Part shown: in pieces, positions 1-13,590 of the stretch
Layout of the letters: every line of letters starts with the position of its first letter
Position numbering within the stretch: the stretch's first letter is position 1
Assembly: GCF_009914755.1 (NCBI RefSeq)
Contig: NC_060925.1
Direction: 5' to 3' (one strand)
Length of the DNA stretch: 64,000 bases
Source: the human T2T-CHM13v2.0 reference genome, Homo sapiens
Notes under the pieces: model-generated
What the model was told of the DNA's origin: nothing
Databases searched by the model: none
Seen by the model: only the letters and a program-made list of their open reading frames with translations
Program-made: the position numbers and the translations under genes

Positions 1-41
1 CACACACACACACACACACACACACACATCACACATACACA
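1..41. repeat. (CA)n microsatellite
   Basis: Directly visible CA run. Confidence 0.95.
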
Positions 42-324
42 CAGTAGCGTTCCCCATCTGCAGAGTCAACCAACCATGCATTGAAAATATTAAATAATAA
101 ATAATATTAATAAAAATAATAAAAATTTTAAAACAACGCAGTACAATTACTACATAGTGTTTGCATTGTGTTAGGTATTGTCAGTAATCTAGAGATGATT
201 TAAAGGATATGGGAGGATATGGGAGGTTATATGCAATTACTACACCATTTTAAATAAGGGACTTAAGCATCTGCAGATTTTTATATCCATGGGGGGGGGT
301 CGAGAAATCAATCCCCTATGGGAC

Positions 325-329
<5 letters not shown>
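42..329 (-). mobile_element. MER2-like TcMar-Tigger DNA transposon fossil
   Basis: Reverse complement of MER2 motifs (taatctagagatgatttaaag; agggacttaagcatctgcagattt); cag...ctg ends. Confidence 0.7.

Positions 330-356
<27 letters not shown>
328..356. repeat. (TG)n microsatellite
   Basis: Directly visible. Confidence 0.95.
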
Positions 357-360
<4 letters not shown>

Positions 361-394
361 AAGAGAAAGAGGAGAGAGAGTATCCTATAGGATC

Positions 395-443
395 TATTGA
401 GTATCCTATAGGTTCTATTTCTCTGGAGAACCCAGACTAACAC
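395..443 (+). mobile_element. MLT2-family LTR 3' end
   Basis: ggttctatttctctggagaacccagactaacaca resembles the MLT2 terminal motif. Confidence 0.55.
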
Positions 444-1807
444 AGCTCATTTATATGTGTGTACTTGTTAATTGCCTATCTTCCTCTATCTGAATGCAAA
501 CTCCATTTAGAACAAGAAGGACTGTGTCCATCATGCTTACTCTAGTATGCTCAGTCCCTGGCTCAGTGCCTGGTACACAGTGGATGCTCAGTAAATATAC
601 ACGAGATTGAATGAATGAATGAGGAATTGGTGGTATAAGTGTTTCGAGAAGAATTAGGTCATTGGCAGCAAGCGCTTTTGAGGGGCTTGGTAAGAGACGA
701 CTAAGAGGGTCCGTGGATTTGGCAATGAGGACAGTGGTGGTGACCTGCTCGAGAGCAGTGTCAGTGGCAAGGCTGAAACTGGGGGACAAAGAGCAAGCTG
801 GTGATGGGAAGGAAGCATGTGAGACAAGGAGTTTGGACAGCTCTCTCAATAAGTGGCTTTGGAAGGAAGAGGGTCAATGGCGAACTACTTTTAAACAAAA
901 GCCTCTTTTAACCCCTAATCAGAACATGCTCATTTCTACCTCTCTCTACTGTCCATCCCTTCCCACGCCTTCTCTTGGGGCACACACCATCAATCATCTC
1001 TCATTACTTTATTTTTTAATAGAATAAGCAAGTTCATGGGCATTTGTTTCAGTCTCATATTCATTCTCTTGATAGGATAATAATTGATACCGTAAGTGAC
1101 CTCATTAATCAGCAGGGACAATTAGAATGATGTAAGTGGAGGACAGTTTGCCGTGTAGCCTGTCTGGGAAAGACTGAAAGGTCACCAGATCTCGAAGTCA
1201 GAATGGGATGCTTCCATGGGTGACTGGCTCTTCTTTAGTCCACCTTCTTGGGTCCCTCCTAGCAAAGTGGACACAAGAAAGCTCCAAGGAAGGTTAATAT
1301 GTAATGGTGTGTGTAGTTTCAATACAGGTCCATTATGATTGCGGTGCTCTACTACCCTAGAATCCCTCTTTCTCCCTTTGTTTCCTCAGGAAAACAAGTC
1401 CGCATTGCTTCAGAGTCTGAAAAGGCATATGAACATGCAACTTTAGTAGATGAATTTCTTAAAATGTAGTAAGAAACATGCTATTTCCAGGCATCCTCCG
1501 GCAAATCTTTTGATCAAGTTGAGTTTCTCTGCAAAGTGCACTATTATCATCTTTATTTCCTTTTGAAAAGAGTTACTGGGTGGGAAAGCAGGAAAATACA
1601 ACAGATATGGAATGCACTAGCTTCAACAAGGCACTTATAAATGCACAAGAAAGGGAAAGATGAGCTAGACTTTATCACAATAAGACCCATTGATTACTGG
1701 CTCAACAACTGTACACAGTTGTCAACTGGGAATAGGGCTCTAGCAGCCTGCGGCAGAGCTAAATCCTTAGCCCTGCCCAGCCCACCTGAATTTGTAAATA
1801 GACTCCC

Positions 1808-2060
1808 AATTTTGAAATAATTTCAGATTTATATAAAAGCTGCAAAAATGGCACAGAAAGTTCCTATATACTCTTTATCCAACTATTCCTAAATGTCAAC
1901 AGCTTACATAACCATGGCGCATTTGTCAAGACTAAGAGATAACATAGGTATTTTACTATTAACTAAGCTGTAGACTTTATCTGGATTTTGCCTGTTTTTC
2001 CACAAATGTCCTTCTCTTCCGAGATCCAATCCAGGATACTACATTGCATTTGCCCTGTAA
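1808..2060 (-). mobile_element. Old L1MC-type 3' end fragment
   Basis: ccaatccaggatactacattgcattt and related L1MC 3'UTR motifs. Confidence 0.55.
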
Positions 2061-2262
2061 TTTTTAATATCTTCTCTGGGAACAGAGATGGCATACTGAT
2101 CAATTTATGACTAGTACGAAGCCAGCAGGAATGTCCTAGATAATAATTAAGACCAGAATCCAAAAAGTTTCTTCAGGCTTAATCTAGAGAACTTGCACTA
2201 AAGACAGGCATGAGTGAACTTTTGTCCTTGGGTCTGAGATCCAAACTATAAAAGTGGTTTCT

Positions 2263-2569
<307 letters not shown>

Positions 2570-3022
2570 AAAAGTGGTTTCCAACCAGGCCACTGTCAAA
2601 CATTATTGGAGCTGGTGATTGTCTCTTATCGTGTGAGCTGGTGTGAAAAAAGCTTGAGACTTTAGGGCACCTTCCCAGAACTACGTCTCTGTAAGGAGAG
2701 GTGATGATTCCAGTCTATTCTTTGGGTTTGTTTACCTCCTAAATGCTTTTATTTTTTCTAAGTCATTTTCAAAAATAAGAATCTTTTAGAGACACAAGGA
2801 TGAAGAATAATATAATAAGCACCTGTATATACAACACCCACACAGGAAATAAAACACTGTAAACATAGTTGGAGCCCCTGGGTAGCTCTGCCTCCCCCTG
2901 GCATGGTGACAAGACCCTTTGTAATCTGGCCTCTGCTGCTTCTCCCAGCAGTCATCCACTCTCTCCCCAAACAACAATAACAATAAACAAGCAAATAGCC
3001 AGTCTACTCCCAACTTTTCAGC

Positions 3023-3877
3023 TGTAGAAAAACAAACTGTTTTTCCTCTGCTCTCACTCTACGACAATCAACACAGAATACTTCTGTAACCAAATGGAGG
3101 TGGGATGGGGTTCCCCACAAACCAAACAAGCAATCATTTCTGCAGTGGATGCAGGCTGGATGTCCTCCAGTGCAATTCAACTCTGATTATCTACCTGAAG
3201 TTAGCATCAGGTCCCGTAGGTTGAGGGCTCAGTCTCACAAGACTGCCTCCCACCGCAGATGCCAATCACAAGACCCTGGTTGTTTTACCTTTACTTCTGA
3301 CCAACTGGCTGTAAAGCAAGATTCCCAGGACCCCCTCCCCCAGATTTGATTAATTTGCTAATGTGGCTCATAGGACTCAGGGAAATACTTACATTTACTG
3401 GTTTATTATAAAGAATATTACAAAGGATACCAATGAACACCAGATGAAGAGATGGAGAGGCCAAGGTATGGAGGAAGAGGCATGGAGTTTCCACATCCTC
3501 TTTGAGCATATCAGTCTCCAGGAACCTCCATGTGTTCTGCTATCTGGAAGCTCCTTGAGCCCAGTCTTTCTGAGTTTTTATAGAATCTTCATTACATAGG
3601 CATGATTAATTAAATCATAGGCCAGTGGTGATCAACTCAACCTTCAGCCCCTCTCTCCTCCAGAGTTTGCGGGTTGACACTGAAAATCCCAACTCTTTAA
3701 TCATGGCTTGGTCTTCCCAGTAACCAACCCCGGTCTTGAAGATATTTAGGGATGGCAAGCCAACAGTCAACCCATTAGCATTCATAACATGTGTATCACT
3801 TTGGAGATTCCAAGGATTTCAGCAGCCGTATGTCAGGACAAGAGACAAAGACCAAATGTATATTTCACAATACCACA
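3023..3877 (-). mobile_element. MER21-family solo LTR
   Basis: TG...CA ends; the minus strand begins tgtggtattgtgaaatatacatttggtc; imperfect TSD tcagc/ccagc. Confidence 0.8.
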
Positions 3878-4321
3878 CCAGCCATATAGAATGGCATGCA
3901 ATTCCCTGAATATCACCGTGGTACACTCGCTTCAGCTCCTTTACACCACTGTTCCCCTGCCTGGACTATTCTTCCTACTCCATTTATCCCCTGCTATCTC
4001 CCAACTCCCATTTCTTCTTTAAGACTTGTGTTCAAGTGATATCTCCTCAGGAACACCTTCCCTGATTCCTGGTGCTCTGCCTCTAATCTCTCCCAGCTCT
4101 GGACACATCCCTCTATGCTGCACTGGCTTGTCTATTTCCTTCATGTTTCTGCCTCAAGACTGAGTTCTCCAAGGTCAGGGCCTATGTCTGCTTCATCTCT
4201 GGATCCCAATGCTAAGCATAAGGCCTGGAATGAAGAGGTCTTTGGGGAATATCTGAAAGGCCTGCAATTTAGTATAATAATTAGGAAAATAGTCTCTAAA
4301 GCTAGTAGTGCTTTGTTTTGC

Positions 4322-4500
4322 ATCCTGGCTCAGCTGTGTGACCTTGGGTAAGTTCTTTAACATGTCTGTGCTCCATTTTCCCCTTCATCAAATGTACGGT
4401 TAACAATGGTATCTACCTTACAGAGTGTTGAGAGGTTTCAATAACTTAATACAGGCAAAATGTTTTGAATGGTACTTAGCACAGAATAAGTGCTCATAGC
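4322..4500 (+). mobile_element. MIR
   Basis: MIR core: gctgtgtgaccttgggtaagtt...taagtgctc. Confidence 0.7.
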
Positions 4501-4536
4501 TATTACAATTATTTCTATCAAAATGTTCAGCACCTG

Positions 4537-5100
4537 TTAGCTATATCACCTGGGCTGGATTTCCACTAAAACAAGACCTGTGTTAAGGATTTGGCTACAA
4601 GTGAGCTTATTTGGGAGTTGACCCTAAGAGCACAGTGAGGGGAGGGGATATGAAACAGAAAAGAGAAGGCAGCTGAGACAGGGGACCTGGTCATATAAGG
4701 TGCCACTGGGAGTCAATTGAGCTAAATCCCATTGGGGAACACTGGGAGTGAGCATAGAATACGCAACTCAGAGTCATCCTATTACAGGAAGAAGAGGCTG
4801 GGGTATCAATACACTAACTCCCTCCTTTTGGGTTGCTGGTTGCTCCTGGGGTCATTAGCTCCAACCAATGAACTATGGATGTGGCATCTACTGGATCTGC
4901 TGCGTCTCCCCTCCACTCCCAGTGACACCTGAGCAGAGAGTGGGAGCGAAAGCCTAGCAGCACTGCTGACTGTGCCCTGTGGCTGCTTGGAGTCTTGATC
5001 TCCTCAAGTCCCTTGAGCACCACAGCCTCTGCCCTGGTCTCTCTGCTTGATTCCATCCTGACCACAACCTTCCAAGGGCTGGAATCACAGATATGCAACA
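4537..5100. mobile_element. Old MLT1-family (MaLR) LTR
   Basis: aaggatttgg...tttatttgggag-like motif and TG...CA boundaries; diverged. Confidence 0.45.
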
Positions 5101-6014
5101 GCGCTGAAAACTAATTCAGGTGCCCACCCAGGATGCCACGCCAACCTCAGCATAGGCTGATGGCTGGCAGGAAGCTTCCCTTTTCCCTTCTCCTAGACCC
5201 CTAAGCCCTGAGCCTCTCGCTGTTTCTATGCTGTTTCCTGCAGCTTTAGAGTGGGAGGCTCCTGGTGGAGGCGATGCCCTGGCAAACTGTCAGGACCCCT
5301 CCCCTCCTAGCAACACTACAGCACCTTACACTGATTGGTGTCTCAGTCCCCGCCCCCTCCCGGCAGGCAGCTCAAAGGCTGAGCCAGAGAGAGGTGGGCA
5401 GAGAGGGTCCAGCTGCCAGACTCAGTCCTCCAGCCCCTTGCCTCCGCCTCTTGGCCACCGCTTCCCGTTACTCCCTTCCACAAGCCCCCTCGCTTGTTTG
5501 TCCCCAGTGCCTGATAATTAGGCTGTGTTTGTTAAACCATGGGCTCCAGCTCTGCTCACCCAGACTCTGCCTACTGTAGATTTTCCTGCAAGGACTGCAG
5601 AGATCATAAAAACAACTACCCACCTTGTCTCTCTGGCTTATTTACTAACTTGGCCATAAATAATCAGGGCAATTTGCATATTACTACTTGGCTTTTTATA
5701 GCACCACACATCTGAGCACTGGCAGGCAAGCTGGGGGTTGGGGTGAGGAGGTGAGGCACGCTCTGGGCTGGCAGTGACACTGGCCAGAGCTGTTTCTGGC
5801 AGGCTTGGCTTCTCCTGGCCTGAAAGCAGAGAGAACTAGCCTGGGAGTAGGGGCGTGGGACGAGGGAAAGCCAGTCATAGTCACCTAGTTGGGACAGGAT
5901 GAGCACAGCTGTAGTGGGAGTGACAACTCCATTTGCCAAGGATGGCTTGTGAGCTGGGAGAAACAGGGTCCCAGGCTCCTGCATCACATAGGAGCTGGGT
6001 AGAGCACGGGTGCA

Positions 6015-6200
6015 CTTCAGACTCCAGCTCTGCCATTTACTTGCTGTGTCACCCCGGGCAGGTCACTTCCCCTCTCTCATCCTTGTTTCCGCACCTGCAA
6101 AATGGAGATGACAGTACCTACCCCAGATGATCTTTGTGATGATTCAATGGGGTGCTATAGGGAAGGCACTTAGCATGATGCCTGACCTAGAGCAAGGGCT
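6015..6200 (+). mobile_element. MIR followed by (ATG)n
   Basis: ccagctctgccatttacttgctgtgtcacc core. Confidence 0.65.
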
Positions 6201-7539
6201 TGAAATGATGATGATGATGATGATGATATAAAAACAAATCCTCTACATTCCTATAGCTATCAAACAAAATTTATGAAGATAAATAAACCAAGACCTACCC
6301 CAAGGAGAGGGAAGTTGTTGAGCTACAGCGTGCAAGGCTGTGGCATCAGAATGGAATATGTGAAGGGCCCACAGTAGCAGAGGAAGTCTATATCTACCAA
6401 GGCAGACGAGACAGGGAGAAGGCAGGGTTTAGAGCTGGAATCACCACCTATGCCTGTTGTCTGGGGATCTGGGTTTGGAGTGAGTGTCAGCTCTGAGGGT
6501 CTGAGTGCCCACTGGGCTGCCCACCCTGGTTGAAACCGCACACCTGGCCTTCAGCACTGTTCGCCCTACTTTATTAGGGCTGGTCAGCCCTGGTCCCCAG
6601 AAGCCTGGACCCTGCTCCCCACACCCCAGCCCTGAATTACATGATTGCTCTACCACCTGCCAGACATGAAGCCGTTTTACAAGCTGGAAGCCATGGATGC
6701 TATATTTTTAGATCTCAACTAGCCTTGAACCTTGGGTGGGGCCCTTGTCTAAACCAAACTTTAGGACCTGCTGCTTCTTAGGTGGCGGTCAGTGAATGTC
6801 CTAGGCAAAGAAACCCAGCCCTGGTCCCCATTTGCAAATCTAGAGACTGGGCCACTTGCTATGTCTCATAGGACAGAAGCATGAGGGGTCATGGCAGGAC
6901 ACAAGTAAGTGAGCAATGACAATAATATCCCCAAGGTCCTGCTAGGCTCAAGGGTTCCCCAAGTCACAGCTCAAGTATTTGGTGACATTATGACCCTAAG
7001 GTCACTGCTACACATGCAAAAGGATGGAGCTATCAGTATCATCAGAAGTCAAGGTGCTTCCAGTGACCAACAAAAGCTACACCCCAAGGGCTGAGAGGGG
7101 TGGAGCGAGACCCATGGGCCCTTCTTCTGTGCCTCAAAAGGCCACCACCTTCCTGGCTCACAGCTTTTTGCTAGATGTGCCTCCATCTGACACCCTCTTC
7201 CCTCAGCCCCCTCATTCTAACTGGGTCCTTCCTGAATACTCAAGCCACCCAAGTAGGTTCCCCAGGCCATGTCAATTCTAGCACCCTATTTCTTTCCTTC
7301 AGAAGCTTATCAAATCTGTAATCATTCTGTCTGTTTCCTAGTTTATTTACTAATCTCCCTTACTAGAGGCTAAGTTTGGGAGAGATGGGAATCTGTGTAT
7401 TTTGTTCCCCCACTGTTTTTGCAATGCCTGTTCAACCCTGCAGAGTGACCACATGGCCCAGTATAATTAACATATTATATGGTCTCCCTCAGTGGCTGGC
7501 CCCTAACAGGTGCTCAGTAACTATGTGGGGAATGAATAC

Positions 7540-7588
7540 GTGAATGAATGAATGAATGAATGAATGAATGAATGAATGAACGAATGAA
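7540..7588. repeat. (TGAA)n tetranucleotide repeat at an L2 3' end
   Basis: Directly visible; preceded by ggtgctcagtaa. Confidence 0.85.
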
Positions 7589-9379
7589 CACAAGCAGTAA
7601 AAGTCGACATTGTCAGTACTGTAGCACACCCTGGATCCTGGTGGGTAACTCTTGCTTTCCTAATTCCCTTGCCCAGATCCCTCTGGGCTGAATCCCTGTC
7701 AACCACCACTCCCTTGGACTCTTGCCTGGCTGGTCCCATCTCATCTGTGTTCATTCAAATGTCCCTTTCACCCCCACCCTGCTGGACCATCAGGTCATCA
7801 TAGGGTCACCTCTGGCCTGACAGAAGCCACAGCCATGGCTGCGATTGGCTCCTTGGATTTCATCACATTTGTGACCTCTAGAAGAGAGGGAAAGAAGAAT
7901 GCCAGGAAGGCACAGGGTGCCAGGAGCTGAGGATGAGGGCCAGGAATGGGAAAGGTCAACAGGAGTGGATGCCACAGAGGAAAAGGAGGACCAGCCAAGA
8001 ACAGTCCCCTGGGTCAGGGGAATGAACATCCTAAGAAGAGGATCTGCAGGCAAAGGAGGCTCTGAAACATGACTGCAGGCAGCTAAGGAACAGACAGTAG
8101 GATTCAGTTTGGGTAAAATCAATGCATAAGTGTGTGAGGGTGTGTTATCAGTGGTTCTTTCTGGGTGCCAACATGACAGCTGACTTTTAAAAATTCTTCT
8201 TTATGACAGTCTTCATTTTCCAAGTTTTCTATAATTAGAATGTATTTATATACTGAAAACATATATATCAAAGGATGGGAAGGAGAAAGACCGGGAGGCG
8301 GAGGATGCAGGGCCCCTGGGGGAGGACAGGCAACTGCGGCAGCCTGGGGGGAGCTCTGAGGCTGCCTTGCCCTCCCCAGCGTACCTCGCCCCCAGGCATC
8401 CTGGAATTCCTTCTCATCTAGAGCCAGGATTGCTCAGCTCCCAGGCAACAAATGCAGGATTTGTGCAAGTCATGGGGTTCCCTGTTTCCTTTTTTTTTTT
8501 TTTTCTTCTCTCTTCTACTTTGTATTTTGTAAGAATCTAATTTTAAATTCTCCAGATGCCATATTTTTGATCTTTTCAATTGATTCTTTGCAGAAATGGA
8601 GTAACCAAAATGTCATGAATCCCTTTAATGGAAAAGGATAAAAAGGCTGTGAAGGCTTGGAAAGCAGTCACTGTCCAGTCCCCTCTCAGCCAGGCCTCAT
8701 ATTCGTGGTCCCTGTTCCTCCCCTAGCCATGCTTCTGCCTGGTGGTTGAGATGCACAAAGGCCCCACCCACCTGTATCCCCTGGGTCAGAAAAGTTGGCT
8801 TTCTGTCACGACTGGAGACAGCTATTGCATAAGAGACCATAATCCGTAGCCGTGGAAGAGTCTTTGGCACAAAGGGAAGCTCGCACTTCCCAACCCCTGC
8901 AGCAAGCTTGCTCCACCCCAACCCTGCCTGGGACATTGGCCAATGTCTGAGAACATTTTTCTTCTCTGCAATGGGGAGAGGGGGGCTACTGGCAGGCCAC
9001 GGTTGCTGCTAAATATCCTACAAGGTGGAGGACCTCTCCTTACAACAAAGAAACTCCATAGTCCTGAATATCGAGGGTGCCATGGTGAGAAGCCGGCTGG
9101 ACAGTGTGCCAGGCTCTGTGCCAGGCCCTTGTGTGCCACATCTCACTCTGACCACAAGGCAGACTGTGCTCTGATGGCTGTCCATCCTTGGCTGATCCAG
9201 ACTTTGGATTGGCCCCGTTTCGCAACGGCTGGAGCGGCTGGGACACAGGGCACCAAGGCTGCCTCACCATGGAAGACCATGCCCCTGGCTCCTCTCTAGC
9301 ACCCAGGGCCACCACTCACTGCTTCTCTGCTATCTGTGTTCTGAGTGGGGCTCAGGGGCTCAACTACCTGACTCATGGG

Positions 9380-9555
9380 CTCAAATCCCAGCACCACCAC
9401 TTATGAGTTACTCAATCTCCCTGAGCCTCAGCTCCTCATCTGCAGAATGGCAACACCTATTTCACAGAGTTCTTGTAAGACTTAAAAGGGTTAATATATG
9501 CAAAGTGCTTAGAGCAGTGCCTGGTACATAGTAAGTGCTCAATAATAGTAGCCAT
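9380..9555 (+). mobile_element. MIR
   Basis: ctgagcctcag...gtgcctggtacatagtaagtgctcaataa. Confidence 0.75.
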
Positions 9556-10685
9556 TAATATTATCAATATTATTACTCAGATGAGTGAAAGAGATTGCTG
9601 GGCACCATAGCTCATCGTGACTGCAATGCATCCCCATCATCACACACAAAGGCACAGGCTTCCGTGCTGGATCCTACAAAACCTCCTGGAGGCCTTATAA
9701 CCTGACACCATTATTGCCGTCTATGCACATGGCCCTAGAGGTTGAAAGCATTATCTTCCTTTTCCAAATGAGGCAATGGTTGGGTCAGCTCAGCTAGGGT
9801 AATTGCTTCAAGCCTCTCCATATCTGTGTATGGGATCTGTGTATGGGATCCCCAGATCAGGTCATCAGGATGGGCTAAGACCCCAATGTCATGAGTGTGC
9901 TGGCTTCCCCTCTGATGGGGAGTCCAGCAGGATACATGTGGCTCTTTGGACTCTTAAGTTCTTTATGAACTTGGTGAATATAAAATCAGCAAGAGCACAT
10001 TTTACCACAGCCCTTGACCTTGCTGGGACCCAGGTGCTGGCAATAGCTCAAAGCAAAACCAGACAAGCACCCACCAGGCCCTCTGAGACTCTGCAGAGGC
10101 ATTCTGAGGTAGCATTTGGACCCAGCCTAAAAATAAACCCTTAAGCCTTCAACTATTTTTATTACCAAGTAACACATGTCATTGACATCCATCAGGGGTG
10201 TCCATGGTACACACGACTGGTAGCAAAAGAGTAGCTTATACCTTCTGACAGTCACTTTAATGTGGATGCCTTAAAACAGACAAGCCAGGAAGTCCCGCTG
10301 TGGCCATGTTTCAGGACATGCATTCGAGCTGGCAGTGAAGACAGGGGGTACAGGAAGGACATGGAGGACAGGGAAGGTGGTGAAGAGGGCAGAGGGAGGG
10401 GCTCCGGGGGCAAGACCATGAGCAAGAGATCCCAAGGTGAGGGTCCATCCCGAGGGTGGGACAGCCAGGCAAGGGAGGACAGGATGGCCAGGGGGAGCCT
10501 CCAACATCTGTGGCTGAACCTGGCTCTTCTTTGGCCTGTTCTGCTGAAAGGCCTCCAGCCACACCCTTGCTTCTGCTGGTGTTTGAGACTCTGCTCTCTG
10601 ATGCCACAACTGACAGTCCCTGGAGAAGCAAAGCAACAGAACTGGCTATAGAAACCTATGGCCAAACCCTTATGGGCAAGAGGAG

Positions 10686-12941
10686 TGTATTAGTCCGTTT
10701 TCACACTGCTGATAAAGACATACCCGAGACTGGGAAGAAAAAGAGGTTTAATTGGACTTACAGTTCCACATATCTAGGGAGGCCTCAGAATCATGGTGGG
10801 AGGTGAAAGGCACTTCTTACATGGCGGCAACAAGATAAAAGTGAGGAAGATGCAAAAGCGGAAACCCCGATAAAACCATCAGATCTCATGAGACTCATTC
10901 ACTACCACAAGAACAGTATGGGGGAAACCGCCCCCGTGATTCAAATTACCTCCCACCTGATCCTTCCCACAGCATGTAGGAATTATGGGAGTACAATTCA
11001 AGTTGAGATTGGGGTGGGGACACAGCCAAACCATATCATTCCAACCCTGGCCCCTCCAAATCTCATGTCCTCGTATTTCAAAACCAATCATGCCTTCCCA
11101 ACAGTCCCCCAAAGTCTTAACTCAGTTCAGCATTAACACGAAAGTCCACAGTCCAAAGTCTCATCTGAGACAAGGCAAGTCCTTTCTGCCTATGAGCCTG
11201 TAAAATCAAAAAGCAAGCTAGTTATTTCCTAGCTACATGGCGGTACAGGTATTGGGTAAATACAGCCATTCCAAATGGGAGAAATTGGCCAAAACAAAAG
11301 GGTTACAGGGCCCATGCAAGTCCGAAATCCAGATGGGGCAGTCAAATTTTAAAGCTCCAAAATCATCTCCTTTGACTCCATGTCTCACATCCAGGTCATG
11401 CTGATGCAAGAGGTAGATTCCCATAGTCTTGGGCAGCTCCGGCCTGTGGCTTTGCAGGGTATAGCCCCACTCTGGGCTGCTTTCATGGGCTGGCATTGAG
11501 TGCTGCTTTTCCAGGCACACACTGCAAGCTGTTGGTGGATCTACCATTCTGGGGTCTGGAAGATGGTGGCCCTCTTCTCACAGCTCCACTAGATGGAGCT
11601 CCGATGGGTGCTCCGATCCCACATTTCCCTTCTGCACTGCCCTAGCAGAGGTTCTCCATGAGGGCCCCGCCCGTACAGCAAACTTTTGCCTGGGCATCCA
11701 GGCATTTGGATACATCTGAAATGAGGTTACCAAACCTCAATTCTTGACTTCTGCACACCAGCAGACTCAACACCACATGGAAGCTGCCAAGGCTTGGGGC
11801 TTCCACCCTCTGAAGCCACAGCATGAGCCCTATGTTGGCCCCTTTCAGCCATGGCTGGAGTGGCTGGGACACAGGGCACCAAGTCCCTAGGCTGCACACA
11901 GCATGGGGATCCTGGGCCCAGCCCACAAAACCACGTATTCCTCCCGGGCCTCTGGGGCTGTAATGGGAGGTGCCGCTGTGAAGGTCTCTGACATGGCCTA
12001 GAGACATTTTTCCATTGTCTTTGGGATTAACATTTGGTTCCTTGTTACTTATGCAAATTTTTGCAGCCAGTTTGAATTTCTCCTCAAAAAATGGGTTTTT
12101 CTTTTCTACTGCATCATCAGGCTGCAAATTTTCTGAACTTTTATACTCTGTTTCCTTTTTGAAATGGAATGTTTTTAACAGCACTCAAGTCACCTCTTGA
12201 GTGCTTTGCTGCTTGGAAATTTCTTCTGCCAGATACCCTAAATCATCTCTCTCAAGTTCAAAGTTCCACAAGTCTCTAGGGCGGGGGCAAAATGTCACCA
12301 GTCTCTTTACTAAAACATAACAAGAGTCACCTCTGCTCCAGTTTCCAACAAGTTCCTCCTCTCCATCCGAGACCATCTCAGTCTGGACCCTACTGTTCAT
12401 ATCACTGTCAGCATTTCAAAGCCGTTCAACAAACCTCTAGGAGGTTCCAAAGTTTCAAACTTTCACAGATTTTCTTGTCTTCTTCTGAGCCCTCCAAATT
12501 ATTTCAACCTCTTACTGTTCCAAAGTTGCTTCCACATTTTCGGGTATCTTTTCAGCAACACTTCACTCTACTGGTACCAGTTTACTGTATTAGTCCATTT
12601 TCATGCTGCTGATAAAGACATACCCGAGACTGGGAAGAAAAAGAGGTTTAATTGGACTTACAGTTCCACATGGCGGGGGAGGCCTCAGAATCATGGCAGG
12701 AGGCGAAAGGCACTTCTTACATGGTGGCAACAAGAGAAAAATGAGGAAGATGCAAAAGCGGAAAACTCGGATAAAACCATCAGATCTCGTGAGACTTATT
12801 CACTACAACAAGAATGATATAAGGGAAACCACCCCTATGATTCAAATTACCTCCCACCAGGTTTCTCCCACAATATGTGGGAATTATGGGAGTATAATTC
12901 AAGATGAAATTTGGGTGGAGACACAGAGCCAAACCATATCA
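10686..12941 (-). mobile_element. Complete THE1 (THE1A-like) MaLR element: LTR 10686-11038, internal region, LTR 12586-12941
   Basis: Two similar ~355-bp LTRs (tgtattagtcc...aaaccatatca) flank ~1.55 kb of THE1-int; perfect 5-bp TSD aggag at 10681-10685 and 12942-12946. Confidence 0.95.
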
Positions 12942-13344
12942 AGGAGGCTTCCTGAAAGCTCTTCTTTCCCCTAGGCCTTCCTTTGCTCCCCTCCCCCAAC
13001 CCCACCTCATGATGGTCTCTTAACTCTGAGAGTGTCTTACAGACAGCTTGAAACAGACTTCTTCTTCTCTCCCATGTCCAGCTCTGCCTTTGGGTGCACC
13101 AACACTTTCCTTCTTCGCCCCACTCTGCCTTTTTGCTCTCAAAGATAGGGCCGAATTGTTGGGTATGCACAGAATTCATTATGCCAAACTGCAGACTCCA
13201 TCAGGCATGGGCTGGGGTCCAAATCTCCAAAGGTTCAGGCAGTAAAACAGTCCAGAAGCACACATTCTAAACCATCCCCAAAACTGCCCCTTCTCTCCCT
13301 CAGGCCTATGTCTACAAGGGTACCACCAGCCCTAAGCAGGGCCG

Positions 13345-13590
13345 GCTGCACAGTGCACAGAGCACTGACTTTGGAACCAGCAGAGCTGGGTTTTAGTTCA
13401 TCTCTGGTGCTTACTAGCTGCTTGAGCTTGAGACAATGACTTGACCTCTATAAACCTCAATTTTCTTATCTGTGCAATGCGGGTGAATGGAAATGTTATG
13501 GAAATGTTGTAAGCAAGGTAATTCATGGAAAGCCTTTAGCACTGTACCCAGGACACAGTAAATGCTCAAAAATAGTTTAAATTCCTATTA
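13345..13590 (+). mobile_element. MIR
   Basis: MIR core and 3' motif acacagtaaatgctc. Confidence 0.65.

Noticed and set aside
10252-10665. Four overlapping ORFs over 100 aa
   Set aside because: Purine/GC-skewed sequence with no recognisable domain or splice context.
11642-12184. 180-aa ORF
   Set aside because: A THE1-internal remnant; no evidence of a functional gene.
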